From Candidatus Woesearchaeota archaeon (lineage in GTDB: Archaea; Nanobdellota; Nanobdellia; SCGC-AAA011-G17; PNOQ01), in NCBI GenBank assembly GCA_018663865.1, contig JABJPM010000017.1:1-42346 (forward strand): 42,346 nt of DNA. Direction: 5' to 3'. Positions within the stretch are counted from its first letter, which is position 1. Each line of letters starts with the position of its first letter. Under the pieces are notes generated by a model, which was given only the letters and a program-made list of their open reading frames with translations, did not search any database and was not told the origin of the DNA. Shown here piece after piece: positions 1 through 9,353 of the stretch. Both the position numbers and the translations under genes were made by a program.

Positions 1-1396
1 CGCTCCGCCGAATAATAATAAATTCTTTTTTTTCTTTTTCATAAACATACTCGACTTCGGCAATAAAATTTGTAACAACTAGGGGAGACCATTCAGAAGA
101 ATATTCGGGAACTTCAAAAAAACATTGTAAGTTAACTCCCACCGTATCAAAATCTTTAAGGCAATTGTGTGTTGTAATTCCAGTCCCTTCCAATTTATCC
201 ATTGAACAATCCCTATTAACAATATTGTAAAATGCATGCTCTGTTAAACTATAAATCTTATAACTCCCGTCATATTCTCCAGAAAATTGGAAATCACAGG
301 TTCTACGATCTTCATCCAGTATTATTTCAGATGGAACTTTCAAAGTTAATTTTTTTACTTGTTTTATATTCCCCCTATCTTGTGAAGATAGTGAAACTTG
401 AAAATGATATTTTTCATTCTCTTGATTATAACTTTGTCCACCGACAAATGGTTGAGATGAAGAAGACCCAATGGCCAAATTTACTGGCCCAGGAGTAGTA
501 GTTGAAACCATTACATTCCCTGGCCTTAGATGTGAATCAGAGATCCCATAATAGTTAAATGGATTTTCACCAAGGTCGTATGAAATTCTCTCATATTCTC
601 CCCTTTCCATTAAATAAACATCATAATTTGCAATAGAGTATCCTTCAAATGTCGCAGTAAATTTCATTTCTAAGGAATTCCTCAATTTAGGCAATGAAAT
701 ACTGTCGGCATCTAAAAAACTACATCCTACTGTTTTTTGATATACTTGCCCATTCCCGAAATAATTAATTTCTTCTGGAGTAACCAATTTTTCACCATAA
801 TAATTTTCCAATTCGCAATCAACATCAATCAAGGAGTCCTCTTCAGATAAACTTGCAGCACGAATTACTCCAGTTCCCCGAATAGGTTCCCCTTGAAAAT
901 AATCAGAATTTTTATTCGTTTCGAATTTCACAATATCTACGCCGAGATCCTGATTATTTTCATTAGTTTCGACAACAGATCGATGAGTATTGAGTGTATT
1001 GGGATTTAGCAATTTATTCCATTGTGTTTTAAATCCGCCAAAAACTCCAGCAGTATCAATAGTTTCATCAAGATTATTAAATGCCTGATTGGAATAGATC
1101 TCTGCATTGCCACTGGAAATTTGAATATATCCAATATAGGCGAAAACCCCAATTCCCCCAATAATTAATAATACAAGTAATCCACGAAGAATTAATCCAA
1201 ATATAACTCGGATATTTGGAACTTTCATTTTTTTAAATGGTAACTTGACTTTCTTTTTTGGAAAAGAGTCATTTTCATTCAATTCTTCTTTTTCAGAATC
1301 TTTTTCAGAATCTTTTTCATTCAATTCTTCTTTTTCAGAATCTTTTTCAGAATCTTTTTCAGAATCTTTTTCAGTTGTATTAGAATCTTCCGCCAT
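1..1396 (-). CDS. Membrane-anchored hypothetical protein (3' end runs off window), acidic N-terminal repeats, one TM helix, large Cys-containing domain
   Basis: Not in ORF track. ATG at 1396 opens a frame without a stop to the window edge: MAEDSNTTEKDSEKDS...IFGLILRGLLVLLIIGGIGVFAYIGY...NFIAEVEYVYEKEKKEFIIIRRS. Confidence 0.8.
   Translation of the reverse strand, partial: MAEDSNTTEKDSEKDSEKDSEKEELNEKDSEKDSEKEELNENDSFPKKKVKLPFKKMKVPNIRVIFGLILRGLLVLLIIGGIGVFAYIGYIQISSGNAEIYSNQAFNNLDETIDTAGVFGGFKTQWNKLLNPNTLNTHRSVVETNENNQDLGVDIVKFETNKNSDYFQGEPIRGTGVIRAASLSEEDSLIDVDCELENYYGEKLVTPEEINYFGNGQVYQKTVGCSFLDADSISLPKLRNSLEMKFTATFEGYSIANYDVYLMERGEYERISYDLGENPFNYYGISDSHLRPGNVMVSTTTPGPVNLAIGSSSSQPFVGGQSYNQENEKYHFQVSLSSQDRGNIKQVKKLTLKVPSEIILDEDRRTCDFQFSGEYDGSYKIYSLTEHAFYNIVNRDCSMDKLEGTGITTHNCLKDFDTVGVNLQCFFEVPEYSSEWSPLVVTNFIAEVEYVYEKEKKEFIIIRRS
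1273..1374. repeat. In-frame tandem 12-bp repeat (TTTTTCAGAATC, encoding EKDS) with a duplicated EKEELN block
   Basis: About five 12-bp copies seen directly in the sequence. Confidence 0.85.
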
Positions 1397-1431
1397 TTTA
1401 TTAAATTAAGTTTTTTTATTTATTAATCTTT

Positions 1432-2577
1432 TTATTTATAATCAATCCGGATTTCATCAATTTTTAAACCATTTTCAGGAATAATCTCAATATGATTATT
1501 TCCCTCATTGATAAAAGAAGTAATTTCCTTTTCAAAATAAATCCCATCCTCATTCAAATCGAACTCATAATCATTGATAATAATTTTTGCATGTTTATCT
1601 CCAGCCACCATTTTTAAAGATAAAATATATTTATTTGCAGAATCATAGATTGATTCTTTAACAGAAAATGAATAGGAAGGGTAAACTTCTTGAGTCAAAT
1701 TATTAATAATTGAAACAGGGGACAATAAATAGCTGCCATCATCGATTACAAATAATAATTCATTTTCGCCTATGATCAAAGAAGTTTTATCTAAATTTAA
1801 AGATTTTTTAAAACTTTCACAAGCAATGGACTCGGAAGATATTAAATTATCATTCAAATATATTTTCAAAATACTGAATGATCCTGCTGAACTACAAAAT
1901 ACGGAATAATCCAATCTTGAATTTTCCAAATATTCTTTCTCAACTTCACTAATGAAAAAATTTCGAGATTCCTCATAATGTATTTTTTCATATATTTTTC
2001 TAATTCTTAAATCCTTCATCTCATATTTATTTTTATGCCAAAATTTTAATCCTGGAGAATTAACATATAATTTTAATTTATTTTTTTCTTTTAAATAGGA
2101 TATTGGTAAAGATACAATAATTGATTTAGGCGCATCGACAGTTAATTGTTCAATCATATGCCCATTGAGTTCTACAAATAATTGTCCACTCGCACTAGAA
2201 ACCCTAGTCAAAAAAGAAATTTCCCCCAAATTATCGATATTTTCTAAATTGAAACTTAAATCTTGATCTACATTTCCAAACCAACCACGGTCCGCAAATA
2301 GGGATCCAGCCAAATTTTCTTCTTCTGGTTCTACCCGAATATACAAATTTACTTGTTCTAGTTCATGTGCAATCTCACTTTTTAAATCAATTTCTCCCAA
2401 CTCTTCATAGAACAAAACTCCTTCTAAACTAGAAATCTCACAAACATCGTCACAATCACCTTTATTTAATAATTGACATTTTTCACAGGGAGGCATAACA
2501 AGCATATATAATATTGTAAACATTGCAATAAGAAATACTAATCCGCCTATTGAACTGCCTTTGCCTCCTTTTTCCAT
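1432..2577 (-). CDS. Membrane-anchored or secreted hypothetical protein, possible class III signal peptide
   Basis: MEKGGKG|SSIGGLVFLIAMFTILYMLVM, then a Cys cluster and beta-rich domains; ATG at 2577 preferred over the upstream TTG. Confidence 0.7.
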   Translation of the reverse strand: MEKGGKGSSIGGLVFLIAMFTILYMLVMPPCEKCQLLNKGDCDDVCEISSLEGVLFYEELGEIDLKSEIAHELEQVNLYIRVEPEEENLAGSLFADRGWFGNVDQDLSFNLENIDNLGEISFLTRVSSASGQLFVELNGHMIEQLTVDAPKSIIVSLPISYLKEKNKLKLYVNSPGLKFWHKNKYEMKDLRIRKIYEKIHYEESRNFFISEVEKEYLENSRLDYSVFCSSAGSFSILKIYLNDNLISSESIACESFKKSLNLDKTSLIIGENELLFVIDDGSYLLSPVSIINNLTQEVYPSYSFSVKESIYDSANKYILSLKMVAGDKHAKIIINDYEFDLNEDGIYFEKEITSFINEGNNHIEIIPENGLKIDEIRIDYK

Positions 2578-2611
2578 AAACAAAATAACAGGAAGTAATT
2601 TAAAAGTTTTT

Positions 2612-3025
2612 CTATCCTTTCAACCATGACGAAAGTTCTGGAAATTCAGTTTTCATAGACTTTTTTACTCTTTCTTCGGATTTTAAATTTTCATCTAATC
2701 TATCGCATTTTACCTTAGATTTTAACAAAATATGATAAAATTCATGAATTAATAATGCTTTTACAAAATCCTCTTCATCAGATAATTGATTAAGAACATC
2801 AACACTCATGCAAACTTTATCTTTTTTATTTGAATGAACAACTAATGCTCCAACTAAAACGGGAAAACCCGATTTTATATCTTTTTTAATTATATTACTT
2901 TTCCCTGCCAAATCTAAAAAATCTTTAAATTCCATTAATTCGAAAGAGCAAGTAATTTTATGTTTCTTTGAAAATTCTTTAAATGATTCCTCAAATATCC
3001 TTTTCACATCATTTTCATCAAACAT
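2612..3025 (-). CDS. Small zincin-like putative metalloprotease
   Basis: ALLIHEFYH (HExxH) with downstream E; ATG at 3025 avoids overlap with the divergent peptidase gene. Confidence 0.6.
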   Translation of the reverse strand: MFDENDVKRIFEESFKEFSKKHKITCSFELMEFKDFLDLAGKSNIIKKDIKSGFPVLVGALVVHSNKKDKVCMSVDVLNQLSDEEDFVKALLIHEFYHILLKSKVKCDRLDENLKSEERVKKSMKTEFPELSSWLKG

Positions 3026-3046
3026 ATGGGGACTTAACGAAAAAAC

Positions 3047-3054
3047 TTTATAAA
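3047..3054 (+). promoter_or_regulatory. Archaeal TATA box (TTTATAAA), possibly shared by the divergent genes
   Basis: Palindromic TTTATAAA lies 21 bp from both ATG 3076 (+) and ATG 3025 (-), consistent with leaderless transcripts. Confidence 0.55.
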
Positions 3055-3075
3055 TGTGCTTATTAGAAATTAAAT

Positions 3076-3945
3076 ATGTTTGATTTAATAATAATCGCCA
3101 TTGTTTTGATTGCATTAATATTTGCAGCGATAACAGATATAAAAACAAAAGAAGTTCCAGATTGGTTAACATATAGTTTAATAACGATTGGACTAATAAT
3201 TTTCATATTCAGATCAATACAAGAGAATTCATTCATGCCAATTTTGGAATCATTGAAAGGATTTGCAATATTTTTCGCAATAGGGTCGGCAATGTATTAT
3301 TCTAAACAATGGGGCGGGGGAGATGCAAAACTTCTAATGGGGATGGGCGCAATATTAAATCAATATCCAGAAAAACTATTAAATATTTTTTCTCCAAACC
3401 TAAATATTTACTTCCCATTTATATTATTCATAAACATTTTATTTTTTGGAGCAATATATGGGTTAATAATAAGTATAGCTTTAATAATAAAAAACAAAAA
3501 AGAATTTTTGAAAAAATTTAAAATAATAAATCGGAATTCCAAAAAAATAAGGAATGCCCTGATAATTTTAACCGGAATTATGATAATTTCAAATATGATA
3601 ATTTCAAATCCAAAACAATCAGAATATTTAATATATATTGTAGCAATATTTCCATTGGTCTTCTTTTATTTATTAATCTCAATGAGGACAATAGAACATA
3701 TCTCTATGAGAAAAATAATTCCAGTCAATAAATTAGTAGAAGGTGATTGGATAAACGAAGAAATAAAAATAAATGGAAAAATAATTTATTCTCCTAAATC
3801 ATTGGGAGTAAATAAAAAACAAATAGAATTGATAAAAAAACATAAAAAAACTGTCCAAGTAAGAGAGGGCATCGCATTTGTGCCCGCATTTTTAATTGGA
3901 ACATTAATAAGTTTGATTTGGGGAAATTTAATATTTTTATCCTAA
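3076..3945 (+). CDS. Prepilin/prearchaellin peptidase (A24 family, PibD/FlaK-like)
   Basis: TDIKTKEVPDW and GGGDAKLL catalytic Asp motifs, multiple TM helices, C-terminal IAFVPAFLIG. Confidence 0.92.
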   Translation: MFDLIIIAIVLIALIFAAITDIKTKEVPDWLTYSLITIGLIIFIFRSIQENSFMPILESLKGFAIFFAIGSAMYYSKQWGGGDAKLLMGMGAILNQYPEKLLNIFSPNLNIYFPFILFINILFFGAIYGLIISIALIIKNKKEFLKKFKIINRNSKKIRNALIILTGIMIISNMIISNPKQSEYLIYIVAIFPLVFFYLLISMRTIEHISMRKIIPVNKLVEGDWINEEIKINGKIIYSPKSLGVNKKQIELIKKHKKTVQVREGIAFVPAFLIGTLISLIWGNLIFLS

Positions 3946-4215
3946 TGCTCTTCGCACATCTGAAATTTCCGCAGAATTAACTTCTTCAAACTTATCAACT
4001 ATTTCTGCAACAGGATCTGGTGAACCTTTCGTTTCATCCATAACAAAAATTATATTTAGAGAGTTCAAACCAAATGCAACAGGTTTGATTTCAGTTTTTG
4101 TTTCTCCATCTCCTGCAAATTTAGTAATTTCTTCTTTAACCTTTATTTCTAATTCTTCCAAATTGGTATCTGGAGAAGAAGGCATAACTTTTAACGTGAC
4201 TACTGCAAAGCCCAT
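3937..4215 (-). CDS. ef1b: Translation elongation factor aEF-1beta
   Basis: LKVMPSSP...PVAFGLNSL...SAEISDVRRALG; ATG at 4215. Confidence 0.95.
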   Translation of the reverse strand: MGFAVVTLKVMPSSPDTNLEELEIKVKEEITKFAGDGETKTEIKPVAFGLNSLNIIFVMDETKGSPDPVAEIVDKFEEVNSAEISDVRRALG

Positions 4216-4216
4216 T

Positions 4217-4396
4217 TTAATTAGGACCTTCGAACTCACATTCTGTACAAACATATTTTATACTATTGGTCCTACAGTCTTTACACCTTACAAATCGATA
4301 TTTTCCACAGTTTGGACAATTAAATTCTACTGCGCCATTTGAATTGGCAATATCTACACTACAAGAACTACATTTTGTTATATTATCTTTAACCAT
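4217..4396 (-). CDS. Small Zn-ribbon protein (DUF1610/COG2888-like), 59 aa
   Basis: Not in ORF track: MVKDNITKCSSC...FNCPNCGK...RCKDCR...YVCTECEFEGPN; four CxxC pairs; this family typically sits upstream of aEF-1beta. Confidence 0.92.
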   Translation of the reverse strand: MVKDNITKCSSCSVDIANSNGAVEFNCPNCGKYRFVRCKDCRTNSIKYVCTECEFEGPN

Positions 4397-4492
4397 TTTA
4401 TAAAATTGAGAATTTAAGACATTTATAAACCTTTTTATCTTGAAGAAATAATTAAATTATCTAAAAAAATAAAAAAAAATAAAAATTTAAAA

Positions 4493-5563
4493 TTAATCGT
4501 CCCTTATTCCTTCTTCCTTGACAAAAAACATAGCTTCGGCATCTGGTAAATTGGGAGCATCAACTAGTTTTGCAACTCTTGAACCCTTTTTTCCCCTCCT
4601 AAGATATATTCTAAAAGTTGAATTGTGGCCAACGATATTTCCCCCAATTGCCTCGGTTGGATCCCCAAAAAATGTATCTGGTTTTGCCATTACCTGATTA
4701 GTAACATATACTATCAAATTATGCTTTGATGCTAATCTCATCAGTGCATGCATGTGGTTATTCAATTTTTGTTGCCTTTCACTCAGGGTCCCCCTTCCAA
4801 TAAACTCTGCCCTAAAATGTGAAGTTAATGAATCCACGATAACTAGCTTAATTGGTAAATTATCCTTAGTAATCATTTCATCAACTTTATCGACCAATAT
4901 CATTTGATGGTCTGAATTAAATGCACGAGCAACTTTAATATTTTTCAAAGTTTCATGGGGGTCAAGTCCTGCTCCAGCGGCCAATTGTTTTATTCTTTCT
5001 GGCCTAAATGCTCCCTCCCCATCAATATAGACTGCCATCCCCTCTATGCCGCCTTTATCCTTGGGTAATTGCACATTCACTGCAAGTGCATTAGCAATCT
5101 GAGTTTTACTAGACCCATATTGACCATAACACTCAGAAATGCATCCAGCTTCAAATCCTCCATCTAGGATCTCATCAAATGCTTTACTTCCAGTGGTAAC
5201 CTTGAAAACTTTTTTTCGTTTTTCTAATAACTCTAATCCACTTTCAAAACCCATGTCCATCTCAGATCTTGCAATTTGAATTATTTTTCTAGCTACACTC
5301 TCACTAATGCCTGCTGCATCTGCCAATTGACTATTGCTAGCAACAGAAATACTCAACAAAGTATCAAAACCAGCATCAGATAATTTTTCCGCAGTAGCTG
5401 GCCCAACTCCTGGAAGATCATTTACTGTGAACTCTTTCTTTTCTTCTTCATTTTCTTCTTCTTTTTCTTCTTCTTTTTCTTCTTCTTTTTCTTCTTCTTT
5501 TTCTTCTTCTTGAATATTTTCTTCGACCACTATTTCTTCAACCACCATTTCTTCATTACTCAT
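4493..5563 (-). CDS. radA: DNA repair and recombination protein RadA
   Basis: HhH DLPGVGPATAEKL, Walker A-like GQYGSSKTQ, Walker B LVIVDSL, GRGTLSERQQKL, VTNQV, RVAKLVDAP. Confidence 0.97.
   Translation of the reverse strand: MSNEEMVVEEIVVEENIQEEEKEEEKEEEKEEEKEEENEEEKKEFTVNDLPGVGPATAEKLSDAGFDTLLSISVASNSQLADAAGISESVARKIIQIARSEMDMGFESGLELLEKRKKVFKVTTGSKAFDEILDGGFEAGCISECYGQYGSSKTQIANALAVNVQLPKDKGGIEGMAVYIDGEGAFRPERIKQLAAGAGLDPHETLKNIKVARAFNSDHQMILVDKVDEMITKDNLPIKLVIVDSLTSHFRAEFIGRGTLSERQQKLNNHMHALMRLASKHNLIVYVTNQVMAKPDTFFGDPTEAIGGNIVGHNSTFRIYLRRGKKGSRVAKLVDAPNLPDAEAMFFVKEEGIRDD
5438..5510. repeat. Tandem 12-bp repeat encoding (EEEK)n in the RadA N-terminus
   Basis: About six TTCTTCTTCTTT-like units on the + strand. 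Confidence 0.85.
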
Positions 5564-5807
5564 CTTTCACCCCATCATCATCTAATAATAGATCTTCATT
5601 CGCTTTTTGTAAAACTAAAATTGCCTTAGAAATGTCACTTCTTCTCAAATTTATTGTAGAATCTCTCCAGATATTTTTATCATCTTTCCAAGATTTTCTT
5701 AAACTAACTGTTTTAAATTCGACTTTATTCCCATCTATATCTCGTTCATTAGCCCAGATAGAGCTAGAAATTGCACCAGATTTATACTGTTTTATTGGTT
5801 TATTCAT
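5556..5807 (-). CDS. Small hypothetical protein, possible PC4/Whirly-like nucleic-acid-binding fold
   Basis: GAISSSIWAN...VSLRKSWKD..NIW..S...DI pattern (beta strands plus C-terminal helix), acidic tail, overlaps the radA start. Confidence 0.6.
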   Translation of the reverse strand: MNKPIKQYKSGAISSSIWANERDIDGNKVEFKTVSLRKSWKDDKNIWRDSTINLRRSDISKAILVLQKANEDLLLDDDGVKDE

Positions 5808-5874
5808 TTATACGACCCCCTTGGTTATCCCATCTTATTTCAAATGGAAGCTATAATTAGTAAGTTAGAACTTC

Positions 5875-5913
5875 TTTATAAATTGTATTCTGGTTGTTGG
5901 CAAGCTGGCAAGC
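5875..5913 (-). promoter_or_regulatory. Promoter of the radA operon with upstream GCTTGCCA boxes
   Basis: Minus strand reads GCTTGCCA GCTTGCCAACAACCAGAATACAATTTATAAA; 27/31 identical to the hef promoter. Confidence 0.7.
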
Positions 5914-5935
5914 TTTAATAAAAAAAAGAAAAAAA

Positions 5936-6100
5936 TTATTCTTCTTTAACATCTTTCGCTAATTCTTTAACTTTAGCTTCCAATTCTTCTTCAGTAAATA
6001 CTTTTTTATCAACTAATACATCTATAACCGCATTTAATAAAAAATTGTTATGTTGAGATAGTTCATCAGTACTTATTTCTTCATTTAGTTTTTCTTCCAT
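5936..6100 (-). CDS. Small acidic hypothetical protein, 54 aa
   Basis: Not in ORF track: MEEKLNEEISTDELSQHNNFLLNAVIDVLVDKKVFTEEELEAKVKELAKDVKEE; starts 1 bp after the PPIase stop with GGAGGTGA SD upstream. Confidence 0.75.
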   Translation of the reverse strand: MEEKLNEEISTDELSQHNNFLLNAVIDVLVDKKVFTEEELEAKVKELAKDVKEE

Positions 6101-6101
6101 T

Positions 6102-6632
6102 TTAAGACATCACCTCCGCTTTCTCAATAATAACATCTTCTAAAGGTTTATCTCCAGAATCCGTTTGAACATTAGCAATTTTTTCAACAACATCGTATCC
6201 TTCAATGACTTTTCCAAAAACCGGATGCTTACCATCTAAAAAATTATTATTAACTAAATTAATGAAAAATTGACTTGACCCAGTATTTGGTCCAGCATTT
6301 GCCATAGAAATAGTCCCTTTATCATTTTTTAAAGATCCAAATTCATCCTGAATATTTGGTATATTCGAATCACCAAATCCGGTGCCAGTGGGGTCGCCGC
6401 CTTGGATCATAAATCCATCAATTATTCTATGAAATATAACTCCATCATAAGTTCCCGCTTCGACTAGATTGATAAAATTTCCAGTTGTGATTGGCATATC
6501 TGATGCCAATTCTATTTTGACAGTCCCCATATTAGTCTTTAATATTATAATTTTATTTTTTCCTTCTTCCATTTTGTACATCCCTACGCTAATCACCATG
6601 ATTAAAATCAAGGCGATGATCCATTTTTTCAT
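6102..6632 (-). CDS. Cyclophilin-type peptidyl-prolyl isomerase with N-terminal membrane anchor
   Basis: FHRIIDGFMIQGGDP, SMANAGPNTGSSQFFIN, LDGKHPVFGKV. Confidence 0.96.
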   Translation of the reverse strand: MKKWIIALILIMVISVGMYKMEEGKNKIIILKTNMGTVKIELASDMPITTGNFINLVEAGTYDGVIFHRIIDGFMIQGGDPTGTGFGDSNIPNIQDEFGSLKNDKGTISMANAGPNTGSSQFFINLVNNNFLDGKHPVFGKVIEGYDVVEKIANVQTDSGDKPLEDVIIEKAEVMS

Positions 6633-6663
6633 AATAAGAAGAAAAATCTCGCATATTTAAAGC

Positions 6664-7116
6664 TTATGCCAACATCAATAAAACACTAACTAAAAATAAA
6701 AAGAATAATATCAATTCAAAAATCCCTCCACTTCGAACAATCCCATTTAATTTTGGTTTTAGTGGCCAAAAAGGACGAATTCCTCGAGGCGTGAAAGAAT
6801 CTAAAAATAAATGACTAGAATATCCTATGAAGACTGCCCCTGCATATGTGCTACCAAAAAATAACATAAATAGTATGTATGTAATGAATGCCCCTACAAA
6901 ACTATGGATCATTCCCCTGTGCCCAAATAAAAAATTAAACATAAGTGCAAGTGGTTTAAACCAACTACCAATCTTACTTTTGTGAAAATCAATATCTGGC
7001 AAACTTGAACCAATCATTACCACTAAGATGAATAACCAAGGATTAGAGATTCCAAATACATTCAAAAAAACTAAACCTAATAAAATACTAAAAACTAAGT
7101 GGGTCCTAAACATCAT
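6664..7116 (-). CDS. Membrane-bound metal-dependent hydrolase (YdjM/DUF457-like)
   Basis: TH...LPDID...HRGMIHS...SHLFLDSFT..GI..FWP motifs. Confidence 0.9.
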   Translation of the reverse strand: MMFRTHLVFSILLGLVFLNVFGISNPWLFILVVMIGSSLPDIDFHKSKIGSWFKPLALMFNFLFGHRGMIHSFVGAFITYILFMLFFGSTYAGAVFIGYSSHLFLDSFTPRGIRPFWPLKPKLNGIVRSGGIFELILFFLFLVSVLLMLA

Positions 7117-7142
7117 ATAAATTAATTTATTTTTGAGATTTA

Positions 7143-8138
7143 TTAATGTTTCTTAATCATTTCGACAGGATCCATTTCTTTAATAGATGAAACCATAAAT
7201 TCCAACCTATCCATCATCGCATTCTTATTTACTCTTCCAGTAATTATCAACTGTTTACCGAGCACTAATTTTTTTAAATCTTCGAAATCTTCAGTATTAG
7301 AATCCGCTATATCGGTGGAGCTCTTCCCAAATAATTGTTCGGCTTGATTAGAAAAACAAACTATTCTAATATTGCTAGTCCCATCATCAAAAAACATATT
7401 CACTATGGGGGATTTTTTTGCATCCACAGTCCCATGCCCATTGCACTTAAATCCCTCTCCTTCTGGGGAAACCTTCTTATTACATTCTGGGCAAGCCATA
7501 TAATGCCGTGGTTCGAATAATTGAACAATTGTGCCATGTAATTCAACAAACATGCCCTCTTTTAATTCCGAAATATCTTTTTTCTCAGCACTAGATCGTT
7601 CTGGGGCAACAGTATTTTGTACTTCTCCTATTTTTTCCCCATCTGGATTTATTTCAACTAAAGATTTCCCGCCAAGATGCAATTCATTTCTACCATTATT
7701 TATTTTTGAATAGGCATTTCTTACTTTTAAGATTGAACCTTCTTCGATAGATCCATCCTCTATTTTAGAAATGATGCCTTCATCCCATGCGACTAACCTG
7801 ATTGTTCCAGTTTCGTCACCAATAATCATATTTACTACTTTTCCTTCTTTCCCATTACGATTGAAAGTTACGACTCCAAAAATTTGGACAACTTTTCCCA
7901 GCGCATTAACTGATCCAACACCTTTTGGCAATTCATTAATTTTAAAATTCTTATCACTTACATTCTCCATCACTCTAACACCATATTGATTAGCGACAAT
8001 TTGAGCGGCCCCTTCTTTGCTTATTAAATCAGAAAGTTGTTTTATCTTTGATTCAATTTTTTCTTCAACTTCTTCTTTAGAAACCTTTTTTTCAGTAACA
8101 ATTTTCTCTACAATATCGTCATAAGTTAATCCATACAT
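7143..8138 (-). CDS. rpa: Replication protein A (OB-fold ssDNA-binding protein with Zn finger)
   Basis: OB folds (IGDETGTIRLVAW; FDDGTSNIRIVCF) and CPECNKK...CNGH Zn finger. Confidence 0.9.
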   Translation of the reverse strand: MYGLTYDDIVEKIVTEKKVSKEEVEEKIESKIKQLSDLISKEGAAQIVANQYGVRVMENVSDKNFKINELPKGVGSVNALGKVVQIFGVVTFNRNGKEGKVVNMIIGDETGTIRLVAWDEGIISKIEDGSIEEGSILKVRNAYSKINNGRNELHLGGKSLVEINPDGEKIGEVQNTVAPERSSAEKKDISELKEGMFVELHGTIVQLFEPRHYMACPECNKKVSPEGEGFKCNGHGTVDAKKSPIVNMFFDDGTSNIRIVCFSNQAEQLFGKSSTDIADSNTEDFEDLKKLVLGKQLIITGRVNKNAMMDRLEFMVSSIKEMDPVEMIKKH

Positions 8139-8210
8139 AAATATGAAATCCCAATTTCAATTATAAAGATTTGTATTTTTAATTAATATGGTTCAAAGTA
8201 AAATAAAAAA

Positions 8211-9353
8211 TTAACATGCCCCATAATCATAGGTTTCCAAGTAATCCATGCCTTCTCTTTCATCCATGTTTTCCAATTGTAATCCTATCTCTCGATGATC
8301 CGCATGATATAGCCAATTTCCGCCAGAACCTGCTTCAGCCCATCCATTCCAAATATCAAAGAGTATATGGGAATTTCTTCTCCAAAAATCAAAACTTAAA
8401 TCATAACGATATTTAACTGCAGTAGATCCTTCAAAATCGATCTTATAACAAGAAGGATTTTCCGGTAAATCTTGACAACTTCGACTAGTCTGGAACGACA
8501 TTTCGCCATCACACCAGCTATCCACATTCATCTCTTCATCCCCGCATAAACATGGGAATGGCCCAGTATTAATCTCACCACAGTTTGAATAATCACAAAC
8601 AGGAATAATTGGTTCTTCAACTAGATCCATAGAATTTTCAACAATTGGCGATTCAGAATCAACAACAGAACCATCTAATAAAAAACCAACAGTTACGTCC
8701 AAAGCAATTCCCTCTTTTTCCCCGAACGTATCTGTTATAAATCCGGAAGGTATCTTAACTTTAAATAGATTATTGTTCTCCTCCCAATAGAAATCAGATT
8801 CTTCTTCCCAGCAAGTTTTATCGCCGGCACATAAATCAACAACGTATTTTAAATTTTCAATAGAATCTGCTAATAAACTGAAATCATATCCGAATTCAAA
8901 TTCAAATTCATCTTTTCCAAGTATATTAATATTATAATTGGTTTTTGATAATGAATATTCTTTTGTATTAATTAAATTAACCAATGTGGATCCCGAACTA
9001 AATCTGAATCCAGTATCATATGTTCCCTTTAAATTATCACTTAAATAAATTGCAAATTTCTCTTTTATTTCGTCCAGGGAAGGATATAATGAAGTATCGC
9101 TCCAATCAGAATTCAAATCATTTTCAATAAAATTATTAATGAAATAATTTATTGATTGTTTCAAATCATATTTATCATAAATTACATTTTTTTTATGTTC
9201 ATTTTCAAGAGCTAACAAATCTTGAACAACTACTCCCACGTCGCCTTTTTGATTTTCAACAGCTTCACTAGAATAATATAGTGCTGCCCCAAAAGAAATC
9301 AGAGTAAAAACTAAAACTACTGTTGGCAAAATTCCTTTTTTTCCTAGAAACAT
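8211..9353 (-). CDS. Class III signal-peptide protein, large minor pilin/adhesin-like with Cys-rich C-terminus
   Basis: KKG|ILPTVVLVFTLISFGAAL; last gene of the pilin-like run. Confidence 0.65.
   Translation of the reverse strand: MFLGKKGILPTVVLVFTLISFGAALYYSSEAVENQKGDVGVVVQDLLALENEHKKNVIYDKYDLKQSINYFINNFIENDLNSDWSDTSLYPSLDEIKEKFAIYLSDNLKGTYDTGFRFSSGSTLVNLINTKEYSLSKTNYNINILGKDEFEFEFGYDFSLLADSIENLKYVVDLCAGDKTCWEEESDFYWEENNNLFKVKIPSGFITDTFGEKEGIALDVTVGFLLDGSVVDSESPIVENSMDLVEEPIIPVCDYSNCGEINTGPFPCLCGDEEMNVDSWCDGEMSFQTSRSCQDLPENPSCYKIDFEGSTAVKYRYDLSFDFWRRNSHILFDIWNGWAEAGSGGNWLYHADHREIGLQLENMDEREGMDYLETYDYGAC

Noticed and set aside
1-42. Minus-strand ATG at 42 (MKKKKKNLLLFGGA)
   Set aside because: Lies inside the 1-1396 CDS in another frame; too short to assess at the window edge.
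232-498. Plus-strand 88-aa ORF
   Set aside because: Antisense shadow of the long minus-strand CDS 1-1396.
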